Shown: piece after piece, positions 36,951-45,843 of the stretch
Numbering within the stretch: the stretch's first letter is position 1
Layout: each line of letters starts with the position of its first letter
From: a virus
IMG/VR virus record: IMGVR_UViG_3300035670_000030
Coordinates: 32,001 to 96,000 of that record
DNA: 64,000 nucleotides
Reading direction: 5' to 3' (one strand)
The notes under the pieces: model-generated
Told to the model about the DNA's origin: nothing
Seen by the model: the letters and a program-made list of their open reading frames with translations, nothing else
Database searches by the model: none
Made by a program: the position numbers and the translations under genes

Positions 36951-37982
36951 TTAAATATTTTTCATATCAAAGCTTATCATTTCTTGAATTAGGCTGTCAA
37001 ATGAAATTTCTGGAAACCATCCCAATTTTTTTCTAGCTTTATCTGATTTTCCTAATAAAAGATCTACTTCAGCTGGCCTATAAAATAAAGGATTAATTTG
37101 TACTAAAATTCTATCTTTATAAATAAATTTTTCATTTATACCCTCTCCAGTCCAAAAACCTTGTATATCAATAAATTTAAAAGTTTTATCAATAAATTCT
37201 TTTACAGTATGTGTCTCGCCAGAAGATAAAATATATTCTATAGGTTTATCTTGATTTAACATCATCCATATTCCACGCACAAAATCTTTCGCATGACTCC
37301 AATCCCGTTTTGCATAAATATTACCTAATTCTAGTGGTTTAAATTCTTCATTATAATTTAATGCTTTATTTATTTTTGCGATCTCTTTGGTAATTTTTTT
37401 TGTGACGAATTCTTCTCCACGTCTAGGGCTTTCATGGTTGTATAATAAACCCTGAATTGCAAATAAATTATAACTTTCTCTATATACTTTTACTATATGT
37501 CTCGCGGCAGCTTTTGCGGCACCATATGGACTTCTAGGTTTTAATGGATGATTTTCGTCTTGAGGACTATAATCTACATCGCCTAACTCTTCTGAAGATC
37601 CAGCATTATAAAATCTACAATTAGGAACATGTTTTCTAATTGCTTCTAAACATCTAATTACACCCATTGAGCCAACATCAAAAGTTTGTTCTGGAATTTG
37701 CCACGAAGCGCCAACAAAACTTTGAGCAGCTAAGTTAATAAAATAATCTGGACCTATTTCTCTAACAATATTATCGATAGATTGAGAATCAGTAAGATCT
37801 CCAGTCACTAATTTAAATTTAGGGTTATTTAACAAATGCTTAATATTATGATGATTGTTAGTAGAGGCTCTTCTTACCATGCCATAAACTTCATGACCAG
37901 TATTATCTAATAAATAATCGGCCATGTAACTGCCATCCTGACCAGTTACCCCTGTTATTAAAATTTTTTTAGGCGTATTCAT
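36951..37982 (-). CDS. gmd: GDP-mannose 4,6-dehydratase
   Basis: ITGVTGQDGSY, NLAAQSFV, SSEE, SPYGAAK, NHESPRRGEEFVT, RPAEVDLL. Confidence 0.96.
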   Translation of the reverse strand: MNTPKKILITGVTGQDGSYMADYLLDNTGHEVYGMVRRASTNNHHNIKHLLNNPKFKLVTGDLTDSQSIDNIVREIGPDYFINLAAQSFVGASWQIPEQTFDVGSMGVIRCLEAIRKHVPNCRFYNAGSSEELGDVDYSPQDENHPLKPRSPYGAAKAAARHIVKVYRESYNLFAIQGLLYNHESPRRGEEFVTKKITKEIAKINKALNYNEEFKPLELGNIYAKRDWSHAKDFVRGIWMMLNQDKPIEYILSSGETHTVKEFIDKTFKFIDIQGFWTGEGINEKFIYKDRILVQINPLFYRPAEVDLLLGKSDKARKKLGWFPEISFDSLIQEMISFDMKNI

Positions 37983-38400
37983 CGTCATCTTCTTCATTGT
38001 TTGGTGGATTATAATTTTCTTTATTATCTAAGGTTTTAAGAAAAAATTGTTCTATTTGATTTAATATATTGTTATATTTTTCTTGATATATTTCTGTACT
38101 TTCTGTAATTTCATCACTATTTTGAAGTGCTGAGTAAAATATATTTTTTGGTGAATTTAATATCTCATTAATAATTTTTAAATCGGCACCAGCTATGTTT
38201 TTATGTGCAAATTTTTTCCAAGTTTTAATAAATTCTTTATGAACATATTTTTCTTGAAATTCATTTTCTTGATTTATATAGTTTGCTATATAATTAAAAC
38301 AAAAAAATAGCATTGACCATTGAAGATTCTGCATAAATTTTGTTTCCAATGTTTGATCCATTGAATCACGCAAATTTTTATGCAAATCTTTATCTTTCAT
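37969..38400 (-). CDS. hypothetical protein
   Basis: 143-aa ORF coupled to RNR stop. Confidence 0.6.
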   Translation of the reverse strand: MKDKDLHKNLRDSMDQTLETKFMQNLQWSMLFFCFNYIANYINQENEFQEKYVHKEFIKTWKKFAHKNIAGADLKIINEILNSPKNIFYSALQNSDEITESTEIYQEKYNNILNQIEQFFLKTLDNKENYNPPNNEEDDDEYA

Positions 38401-40379
38401 TATTTAATAGGACATACTCCCCCCTCACATTCGATGCCTTCTAAAGTATCACTGCCTAAATTTTGATTTATGTTTAAAACTGGTTTAACTTTAGATTTTT
38501 TACTTTCATATTGTTCTTTGCTAATTTCTTCATATGGAGCTTGTTTAAAACCATGTTTTTGTCTTAATAAGAAACTAACAGATTTAATTCCATTTTCATA
38601 GTTTTTAGAAAGCCAATTTTTAAGATCTGAAAGTTCTGTTTCACTATAATAAGCAGTAACACTAACTGCGTTGTCAGACCAGATCTCCTGAAGTTTTTTC
38701 ACCATTTCCAATTGCTGAATTACTCCCATATCATCTGCAAACATTGCGCCATCTGGAGTTTCACATGGAAACTCTACAACTACAGTATCATGGTTTTCAG
38801 AACCATCAAAATTAACAACATATTCAGTATGATAACCCAAATCTCTACAGTAATTTACGAGAGGATCATTGCTTGCCATACGTATTCTTCTAATATAATA
38901 TTTAGAATAAGCAGGATGAACCCCTGGAGTTGCTCCAGCTAACAGGCTTAATGTTCCACTTGGCTTGACAGTCGTAAGTTTAATACTACGATTCCAACCA
39001 CGTTCTTTACTCCATTCTTTATCAAATTTACGAAGCTCTTTATAACATACATCAAGCCAATCAATTTTATCAAGAGACTGGCAAATACCTGTAACACCTA
39101 ATCCAAGACGCATATTTTTATGCACAATTTTATTTGTCTCCTCATGGATGAATGGAAGTGCCGCAATAGCTTTTTGAGTTTTATATAAAAGCTTCGCACA
39201 AAGAATAAGCTCTTCTTTAGAGTTTATATTATTTAAATATAGTTCAGAAAGATTACAGCATTCATAAGAAGCAAGACTAATTTCACCACAAGGATTTGTG
39301 CCCACAACGTTATCTTCATCAGTTGGATAAAGATTACTATCTTTCATCAGACCATCTTTTAAGCGGCCATATTTTTGAGAAAGGGGGAGGTTAAAAAATC
39401 CATAAGGCTCGCCCTTCGCAAATCCTGTTTGAGAATCTAATACATATCCATTACTCCAGATCTCATTAGAAATATGAGAAAAGTCATCTGCATAAATTGT
39501 GTTATTAGACATCGCTCTCCAGTTAGGAATATTACCTAATGACCAATTTTTAGCTCGAAGAAAAAGATAATCATCAGGATCTCCAATAGCAATTTGTGCG
39601 CTACGACGAACATTGCCAGAAACAACAATTCCACCAATAATATTACAAATATCAAGAACGTCAACAGAACGAAGTTTTTTACCTTCTCTAGATTGAAAAA
39701 TCTTGTTAATTTTTTCGATACCATCTAATAGAATTTGAGGGCCACTTGCAATACCACCAAAACCTCCAATTCTTTCACCAGCGCCGCGAATAAGAATTGT
39801 AGAATAATTAAAAGATTTACCATTAACAAAAAATGCCTCTAAAACTTTTTCTAAAAGACGAATCCATCCTTCACGACTATCAGGGACAATAAAATCAGCA
39901 TCTTTAGTATTTTTATGTGTTATATTTACTCCCTTTTTAATACGTGGTAACTCATGAATATCTTCTCTACGAATAGAGAACCCTACTCCACCACCTAACA
40001 TTAAATTTTCAAAAAGAAAAAGAAATGATTTAATACTATTCATTGAAACATTCCAACAATTCAAAAGCGAATTTGCCCCAAACCGATCAACAGTTGGTGT
40101 TCCAAGTTGCCATAGCATTCTTCCAGCAAAATTGCACTTAAGATTAAAAATCAAATCAAAAAGTTGTTCCGCTTCTTCTTGTGTATAATTTGCTCCAATT
40201 TTTTGAGCCCCATTAATACAACGACGAATTGTTTCGTGCCACTCTTCAGTCTTTCCATCTTCTTTAAGACGAGCATAAGTTCTTTTATAAACAATATACC
40301 CCAAACCATTAAAACCCCAATTAGGTTGTTTATCTGCGTATTTATTTGCGAATTTTTCTGAAATAATTTCTGTGTTCAT
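38400..40379 (-). CDS. nrdJ: class II (B12-dependent) ribonucleoside-triphosphate reductase
   Basis: GRMLW, LLNC, GGGVG, GNVRRSA, TNPCGEI, TVKPSGT, C-terminal CEGGVCP; no beta-subunit gene nearby. Confidence 0.92.
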   Translation of the reverse strand: MNTEIISEKFANKYADKQPNWGFNGLGYIVYKRTYARLKEDGKTEEWHETIRRCINGAQKIGANYTQEEAEQLFDLIFNLKCNFAGRMLWQLGTPTVDRFGANSLLNCWNVSMNSIKSFLFLFENLMLGGGVGFSIRREDIHELPRIKKGVNITHKNTKDADFIVPDSREGWIRLLEKVLEAFFVNGKSFNYSTILIRGAGERIGGFGGIASGPQILLDGIEKINKIFQSREGKKLRSVDVLDICNIIGGIVVSGNVRRSAQIAIGDPDDYLFLRAKNWSLGNIPNWRAMSNNTIYADDFSHISNEIWSNGYVLDSQTGFAKGEPYGFFNLPLSQKYGRLKDGLMKDSNLYPTDEDNVVGTNPCGEISLASYECCNLSELYLNNINSKEELILCAKLLYKTQKAIAALPFIHEETNKIVHKNMRLGLGVTGICQSLDKIDWLDVCYKELRKFDKEWSKERGWNRSIKLTTVKPSGTLSLLAGATPGVHPAYSKYYIRRIRMASNDPLVNYCRDLGYHTEYVVNFDGSENHDTVVVEFPCETPDGAMFADDMGVIQQLEMVKKLQEIWSDNAVSVTAYYSETELSDLKNWLSKNYENGIKSVSFLLRQKHGFKQAPYEEISKEQYESKKSKVKPVLNINQNLGSDTLEGIECEGGVCPIK

Positions 40380-40390
40380 TGTAATTATAA

Positions 40391-40419
40391 ATTATACATT
40401 AAGATGATTTAAAATGCAA
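40391..40419 (-). promoter_or_regulatory. sigma70-type promoter TTGCAT-17-TATAAT for nrdJ
   Basis: Read directly from the minus strand. Confidence 0.6.
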
Positions 40420-40449
40420 AAAATAAAAAATTTTCAAATGAAAATTGTT

Positions 40450-40788
40450 TTATTGAATAGCTTTTGGTGTATGTTTTAAATGCCTTTTTTCTTTCCAATC
40501 TTTTGAATATTCTTTTTTAATTGGATCATTTTTAATTCCACCACGTTTTTCACTTAACTCTTTTGAAAGATCCATCATTTCACCGAAGGTTCCAGCTTTA
40601 TTAGTTTTATCCATAAACGCTCGTTTTGAATATGGATCTATATTTGCATCAATACTGGCTTGCGGAACTACAAATTCACGATTCCATTTCAATCCATTTT
40701 CGTCTATATATACTTTTTCATCATTCATGTGAAAAAATATTTCACGAATTTCTTCGGTTTCTGGATGGCTAAATAAGTAATAAGGCAT
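40450..40788 (-). CDS. FmdB-like small protein (Cys-less)
   Basis: MPYYLF...EIFFHM N-terminus. Confidence 0.55.
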   Translation of the reverse strand: MPYYLFSHPETEEIREIFFHMNDEKVYIDENGLKWNREFVVPQASIDANIDPYSKRAFMDKTNKAGTFGEMMDLSKELSEKRGGIKNDPIKKEYSKDWKEKRHLKHTPKAIQ

Positions 40789-40792
40789 ATCC

Positions 40793-40933
40793 TTATTTTA
40801 CTTGTTTTTTATTCATTTTTCTAATCTGAGACGCTTTAGGAGACATTCTACGTAATTCTCCATTTGGCATGCGCATATATTCAGTACCATCTTTAAATTT
40901 AAGTTTTTCTCCAATATTTGTAATTGTATCCAT
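40793..40933 (-). CDS. small hypothetical protein (46 aa, not in ORF track)
   Basis: MDTITNIGEKLKFKDGTEYMRMPNGELRRMSPKASQIRKMNKKQVK fills the gap exactly. Confidence 0.5.
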   Translation of the reverse strand: MDTITNIGEKLKFKDGTEYMRMPNGELRRMSPKASQIRKMNKKQVK

Positions 40934-40934
40934 A

Positions 40935-42023
40935 TTAAATATTTTTCATAATGTCTAAAATAGAATCAACCATTTTAGAATAAGTAAATTGTTCTTGTAA
41001 TTTTAGACCTTGAATATTATTAGGATTTTCTTTATATCTTTTTTCAACTTTATCAAGACCGTCTAGAAAATCTTTTTCATTCCAATCGAAAATTTGACCC
41101 TGGTTAAATTCAAGACCCTCTTTAAAAAAGATATTATCATAACAAGGTATTTTGCCATTTGGTTCGATAAGAACTGAATTTTCTGGCGTCATCCAATCTT
41201 TGTACGCATGAGCATTTAATCCAAGACAATGCTTGCCAAGTGCTACCGTTTGAAATTCTGGAAGACCCCAGCCCTCTCCTCCACTCATGGCTAACACAAT
41301 ATCTGTATTATTTAATAAATCATTATACATCTCGTTAGATGGCATATAATTTAAAAAATTAATATTAAAATAATTTTGACCACCAAGAGCTTGGCTAATA
41401 ATTTGTGATTGAATTTGTGGCTCTAAGAAATGATTAAAAATAGCGCAATTTAAATTATAATTTGGATTATTTCCATATTTTTTTGCCCATAGAGCGATAG
41501 TTTTTAAATGTCTTTTTCTTTGTGGTTCTAATTTTCCAAAGAGTCCAAACTGAACTGCTTTAATATTGCGTTTCGTAGTTTGTTTAAAATGGGTATTATC
41601 AAAAGCTAGTGGGATAAAATCAACATTATTTACTCCCATTGACTTGAATAATGAGACTGTATAATTACTAGAAAATAATACTTTTTCATTATTTTTAATA
41701 ATATTTGTTTCTGTCTCCGTAGGAGAATCTACTTCATAAAATGAAAGTAAAACTTGTTTGTTCGAAAAGCTTTCTAAGCTACCATTTAGATGCCATAATT
41801 TAAATATAGGTACTGTTTTCTTGTGTTCTTTATAAGAAGAATTTATAGAATTTTGTATCCAAGAAACAAAATTATTATCTTGTTTTTGGGTGCTAATATC
41901 TATATTTCCAATAGGAAATAATCTAATATCTAGATTTCTTTGAAAAAGTTCTCTCAAAATAGAGAGTGAAACTTGTCCCAAAGATGTAGAATTTAATGGT
42001 AAATTAAATGCTAATTTATTCAC
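40935..42023 (-). CDS. GT4-like glycosyltransferase
   Basis: GKLE..RK, SGGEGWGLPEFQ, FTY. Confidence 0.8.
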   Translation of the reverse strand: MNKLAFNLPLNSTSLGQVSLSILRELFQRNLDIRLFPIGNIDISTQKQDNNFVSWIQNSINSSYKEHKKTVPIFKLWHLNGSLESFSNKQVLLSFYEVDSPTETETNIIKNNEKVLFSSNYTVSLFKSMGVNNVDFIPLAFDNTHFKQTTKRNIKAVQFGLFGKLEPQRKRHLKTIALWAKKYGNNPNYNLNCAIFNHFLEPQIQSQIISQALGGQNYFNINFLNYMPSNEMYNDLLNNTDIVLAMSGGEGWGLPEFQTVALGKHCLGLNAHAYKDWMTPENSVLIEPNGKIPCYDNIFFKEGLEFNQGQIFDWNEKDFLDGLDKVEKRYKENPNNIQGLKLQEQFTYSKMVDSILDIMKNI

Positions 42024-42025
42024 AC

Positions 42026-42319
42026 TTAGAAAGGAATATCTTCAGTAGCTGGAGCTGATTTTGCTTCAGATTTTGGAGCGGCTTTAGTCGCTTCTTTTTT
42101 AACTGGAATATTTTCTTTTTTACTATTATTATCAAAATAAATTCGATAATCTGGTTGATTAGATCCTTCAGTTTTATATTTATTTTTGAAAACCATTACG
42201 CTAATTTCTTCACCAGATTTTGATTTGATTTTTCCAGTAAGGAATTGGTTACCAGTTTTAGAGGTTTTAATCCAAAAAGCGCCAGCTTCTTCGAGTTTAG
42301 TTTTATCATTATTATCCAT
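42026..42319 (-). CDS. DUF736-like OB-fold / putative ssDNA-binding protein
   Basis: GAFWIKTSKTG..FLTG, NQPDYRIY, SSB-type acidic tail EDIPF. Confidence 0.7.
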   Translation of the reverse strand: MDNNDKTKLEEAGAFWIKTSKTGNQFLTGKIKSKSGEEISVMVFKNKYKTEGSNQPDYRIYFDNNSKKENIPVKKEATKAAPKSEAKSAPATEDIPF

Positions 42320-42321
42320 AG

Positions 42322-42912
42322 TTATACCATAATATCATTAATTTCTAATGATGTCAATTTTTTTTTAGCGAATTCTATAAATTTATTATGCCAATTCAGA
42401 ACTGTTTGCGGAGTTACGTTTAAAATCTGAGCTATTTCTGAATAGTTTAAGATTCTTTCTTTATTATAAAAATAACGATAGTAAATCGCATTTTTAGTAT
42501 TTGGGTCAGATATCTGATGAAATAAATCTATGATATTATTGATAGATTCTTTTTTATTTGAAAGATTTTCAAATTTATTAGAATTGTTAATAAAAAATTC
42601 TAAATGAGTATCTTCTGTTGGTACTAATTTTGAGTTTTTATTTTTAAAATTTAAGCAAAAAAATCTTACTTGATTTCCAAGCCATGTAGAAAACTTGCTT
42701 CCTTTTTTAGAATCAAAGGACTTTGCAGCATTAAAAATAATCCAGTATTTATTATCATTAAGTTCGTTAATATCTAAATTACAAGTACTACAATACTTTT
42801 TTCCAATATTGAATATCATTCCACTATGCCGATTAACTAACTCTTTCAAACTTTCATTACATTGGTCATTAATTATTCTTTTTATTAAAGTTTCATCTTT
42901 TAATTTTCTCAT
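42322..42912 (-). CDS. RNA polymerase sigma factor (sigma70 family, regions 2 and 4)
   Basis: LVNRHSGMI, AAKSFD..KG.KFSTW, YSEIAQILNVTPQTV HTH. Confidence 0.85.
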   Translation of the reverse strand: MRKLKDETLIKRIINDQCNESLKELVNRHSGMIFNIGKKYCSTCNLDINELNDNKYWIIFNAAKSFDSKKGSKFSTWLGNQVRFFCLNFKNKNSKLVPTEDTHLEFFINNSNKFENLSNKKESINNIIDLFHQISDPNTKNAIYYRYFYNKERILNYSEIAQILNVTPQTVLNWHNKFIEFAKKKLTSLEINDIMV

Positions 42913-42960
42913 TATCAATCATATAACAAATATTAATTTTAAAGTCAAATAAAAAAATTA

Positions 42961-43074
42961 GATTTTTTAAAAAATCATAATATTATCTTTGTGAGCAAAG
43001 CGAACAAATCGAAGCCGAACGAAGTGAGGTTTCGAAAAAGAAATGTTCCTTTACTTTAACTTTTTTTAAAGTAA
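42961..43074. other. hairpin/palindrome cluster at strand switch, candidate origin or ssDNA signal
   Basis: 16-bp palindrome 42961-42976; hairpins 42988-43008 and 43009-43035 with GA/GA internal pairs; inverted repeat TTACTTTAA/TTAAAGTAA 43051-43074. Confidence 0.5.
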
Positions 43075-43472
43075 TGTCAAGTTTATTTTTAATTTTACTC
43101 TGTTGTTTGGGCGCATTAATTATACATTTATGGTTTTATTCTGATTTTTTTGCTTATTATGCTAAGTCTATAAGATTTTTTATCCCTAAAAAAATATATT
43201 CATGGCTTTTAATTAACGAATATTTAGAAAATCAAGATCCGAATTTATTTTTTGATAGTTACATTGAGTATTTATTTGTCAAAAGATCTTTTACAAAATC
43301 TTTTAAAATACAATTTTTCTTAAAATTATTTTCTTGTATAACATGTTTTACAGTATGGGCTTCAATAATTATTTCTTTAATATATGGTAGTTTATTATAC
43401 GTGGGTTTAGTATTCATTATTTTAAGAATATTAGATTTTATTCTTAGATACATATTAAAAAAAGCTATATAA
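43074..43472 (+). CDS. membrane protein with CxxC (DUF1360-like)
   Basis: KLFSCITCFTVW, three hydrophobic helices. Confidence 0.55.
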   Translation: MSSLFLILLCCLGALIIHLWFYSDFFAYYAKSIRFFIPKKIYSWLLINEYLENQDPNLFFDSYIEYLFVKRSFTKSFKIQFFLKLFSCITCFTVWASIIISLIYGSLLYVGLVFIILRILDFILRYILKKAI

Positions 43473-43478
43473 TGAATT

Positions 43479-43913
43479 ATGAAAAAATTAGATTTTTGCA
43501 AACCTACTAAATCTGTAACTGGAGCATGGATTACTTTTGGATTAACTAAAGATCAAGAAGACCAAAAAAAGAATGGTTTTTATGTTAACGCTATTAGGCA
43601 AGCTGGATGGAATGACGAAACTAAAAATGGAACATTTAAAGAAAATGTCAATAATCCTGAAAAACATAAAAGAATTAAGCTTAGTGAAAATGATATTGCT
43701 GAAATGCTTCTTGTTTTACAATCTAACGGTTCAAAAAAATGGTCTACAGTCCATGCTGGTAAAACACCTATTTTTGTAGAACCTTTTATAAAAGAAGAAA
43801 AACATCTTGGATATTTAATTAAGCTTGGTGGTATTGGTATTGCTTTAAATTTTGCAGAAACCCTTCGTCTTCAAGAATATTTAAAATTGACATTACAACA
43901 AATGTATTTATAA
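43479..43913 (+). CDS. putative PC4/Whirly-like ssDNA-binding protein
   Basis: Two beta-beta-beta-alpha units (RIKLSENDIAEM; IALNFAETLRL). Confidence 0.45.
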   Translation: MKKLDFCKPTKSVTGAWITFGLTKDQEDQKKNGFYVNAIRQAGWNDETKNGTFKENVNNPEKHKRIKLSENDIAEMLLVLQSNGSKKWSTVHAGKTPIFVEPFIKEEKHLGYLIKLGGIGIALNFAETLRLQEYLKLTLQQMYL

Positions 43914-43922
43914 TACATTAAT

Positions 43923-45842
43923 ATGCGTAAAAAAAGAGTCTTATTTTTAACAGATTACGCTGGAGCTTTTACTGGTTTTGGTAAACAATGTAAATTATTG
44001 TTAACTTATTTATATAAAACTGGTAAGTATGAAATTTTGAATGCAGCGCAAGGTACTCCAAAACATGGACCTCATACACAAAAATACCCTTGGCAAACAA
44101 TCGGTGTCCTTCCAGATGATCCTCAAAAAATTCAACAAATAAATCAAGATCCAAATCTCGCAAGAAATGCTGCATATGGAGCCTTAGAAATTAATAATAT
44201 TGTCAATAGTTTTAAACCAGATGTGGTCTTTTCAATTAATGATACATGGGGATCCCAATTTGTTATTGATATGCCATTTTTTAAAAAGATTCCGACAGTA
44301 TGCTGGAATACCTTTGATTCATTACCTTTACTCCCAGATACAATAGATAAAGCTAATAAAATCACTAATTATTGGACTTGGAGTGATTTTGCAAGAAAAG
44401 AATTCCATAAACTTGGTTTTAGTCATGTCAAAAATCAATACCCTTTAGTCAATACAAATAATTTCTATAAATTACCAGATAGCAAAATAGCAGAAATTAA
44501 AGCTAGATTTGGGTTACCACAAGATGCTTTTATTATTGGTTTCGTTTTTAGAAATCAACTACGTAAATTAGTCAATACTCAAATTGAAGCGTATTCTCTT
44601 TTTAAAAAACATAATCCAGAAATAAAAAATACATTTTTATATACACATACTCATTATGGAGAAGGATGGGATATTCATCGTTTGTGTCAACAGTATGGAG
44701 TAGATCCTAGAGAAGTCCTTTGTACGTATGTTTGCAAAGAAACTCGTCAATACTTTATCGCTCCATTTCATGGTCAAGATATTGAAAATCCAATTACTAA
44801 AAGAAAAACATTAGTAACCGCCAATGTTGGTGTGGGGGTCACAGATGAGCAGTTAAACGAAATATATAATATATTTTCTCTTTATTCTCACCCAGCTACA
44901 TCTGGCGCTTGTGAGTTACCGTGTGTAGAAGCAGCTTTAACAGAAAAAATAATCACAACTTGTCCATATTCATTTGGTGAAGATATTATTGAGTATAATA
45001 AAGGAAGCATCGCAATGAAGTTTACGTTTTATACAGAACATGGAACTCAATTCTTAAAATCACAACCGTCTCCATATGAACTTTCTAAGATCTTCAAAAA
45101 AGTATATGAAATGAAGCCACAAGTCAAATATAAAATGGAACAAGATTCTAGAAAATGGGCTTTAGATAATTATGCGATTGAAGTAAATGGAAAAAAAATT
45201 GAAGAATTTATTGACGCGCAGGAGTTACTAAACGACGAAGATTTTAATTTTAATCTAGTTTCTAATAATAATCCAAATCCAGATGCAAAAGTAGAAGATC
45301 ATTCAGATGACAAAGAATGGGTCAAATCTTTATATAAATTGATTTTAGACAGAGACGTATCTGATCAAGACGAAGGATTAATCCATTGGCTACAAAAAAT
45401 TGAACAAAAAGTGCCAAAAGATCAAATAGAAAACTATTTTAGACAAGTTGCGAAAGAGGAGTTATCAAAAAATACTCCGATTAATTTTGAAGATCTTTTA
45501 GATAAAGATGATTTTGGTCGAAGAGGTTTAATTGTTATGCCAGAAAGTATTGGAGATGTATTTATGGTAACAAGTCTTTTTGAATCTTTTAAAGAGGTTT
45601 ACCCAAATTATAATTTATATGTAGCAACAAAACAAGAATATTTTGATATATTGATCGGAAATCCACATATTCATAGAATTATTCCATACATACCCCAAAT
45701 GGATAATTTATTATGGTTAGAAGGTGCTGGCGATCATAAAGGCTTTTTTGAAGTTGCTTTTCTTCCACATATCGGAACGCAAAGAATACTTAATTATTTA
45801 CATAATGGTAAAGATATTATTCAATTTGAAATAAATAAATAA
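43923..45842 (+). CDS. GT4-like glycosyltransferase fused to DUF4214-like helices and a GT9 N-terminal domain
   Basis: TGFG, FRNQLRK, GACELPCVEA; WVKSLYKLILDR...EGLIHW; IVMPESIGDVF...ILIGNPHI. Confidence 0.82.
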   Translation: MRKKRVLFLTDYAGAFTGFGKQCKLLLTYLYKTGKYEILNAAQGTPKHGPHTQKYPWQTIGVLPDDPQKIQQINQDPNLARNAAYGALEINNIVNSFKPDVVFSINDTWGSQFVIDMPFFKKIPTVCWNTFDSLPLLPDTIDKANKITNYWTWSDFARKEFHKLGFSHVKNQYPLVNTNNFYKLPDSKIAEIKARFGLPQDAFIIGFVFRNQLRKLVNTQIEAYSLFKKHNPEIKNTFLYTHTHYGEGWDIHRLCQQYGVDPREVLCTYVCKETRQYFIAPFHGQDIENPITKRKTLVTANVGVGVTDEQLNEIYNIFSLYSHPATSGACELPCVEAALTEKIITTCPYSFGEDIIEYNKGSIAMKFTFYTEHGTQFLKSQPSPYELSKIFKKVYEMKPQVKYKMEQDSRKWALDNYAIEVNGKKIEEFIDAQELLNDEDFNFNLVSNNNPNPDAKVEDHSDDKEWVKSLYKLILDRDVSDQDEGLIHWLQKIEQKVPKDQIENYFRQVAKEELSKNTPINFEDLLDKDDFGRRGLIVMPESIGDVFMVTSLFESFKEVYPNYNLYVATKQEYFDILIGNPHIHRIIPYIPQMDNLLWLEGAGDHKGFFEVAFLPHIGTQRILNYLHNGKDIIQFEINK

Positions 45843-45843
45843 A

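Noticed and set aside
21642-40379. Inteins or introns in dnaE, dnaB, recA or nrdJ
   Set aside because: Lengths are ordinary; no splice-junction or LAGLIDADG motifs seen
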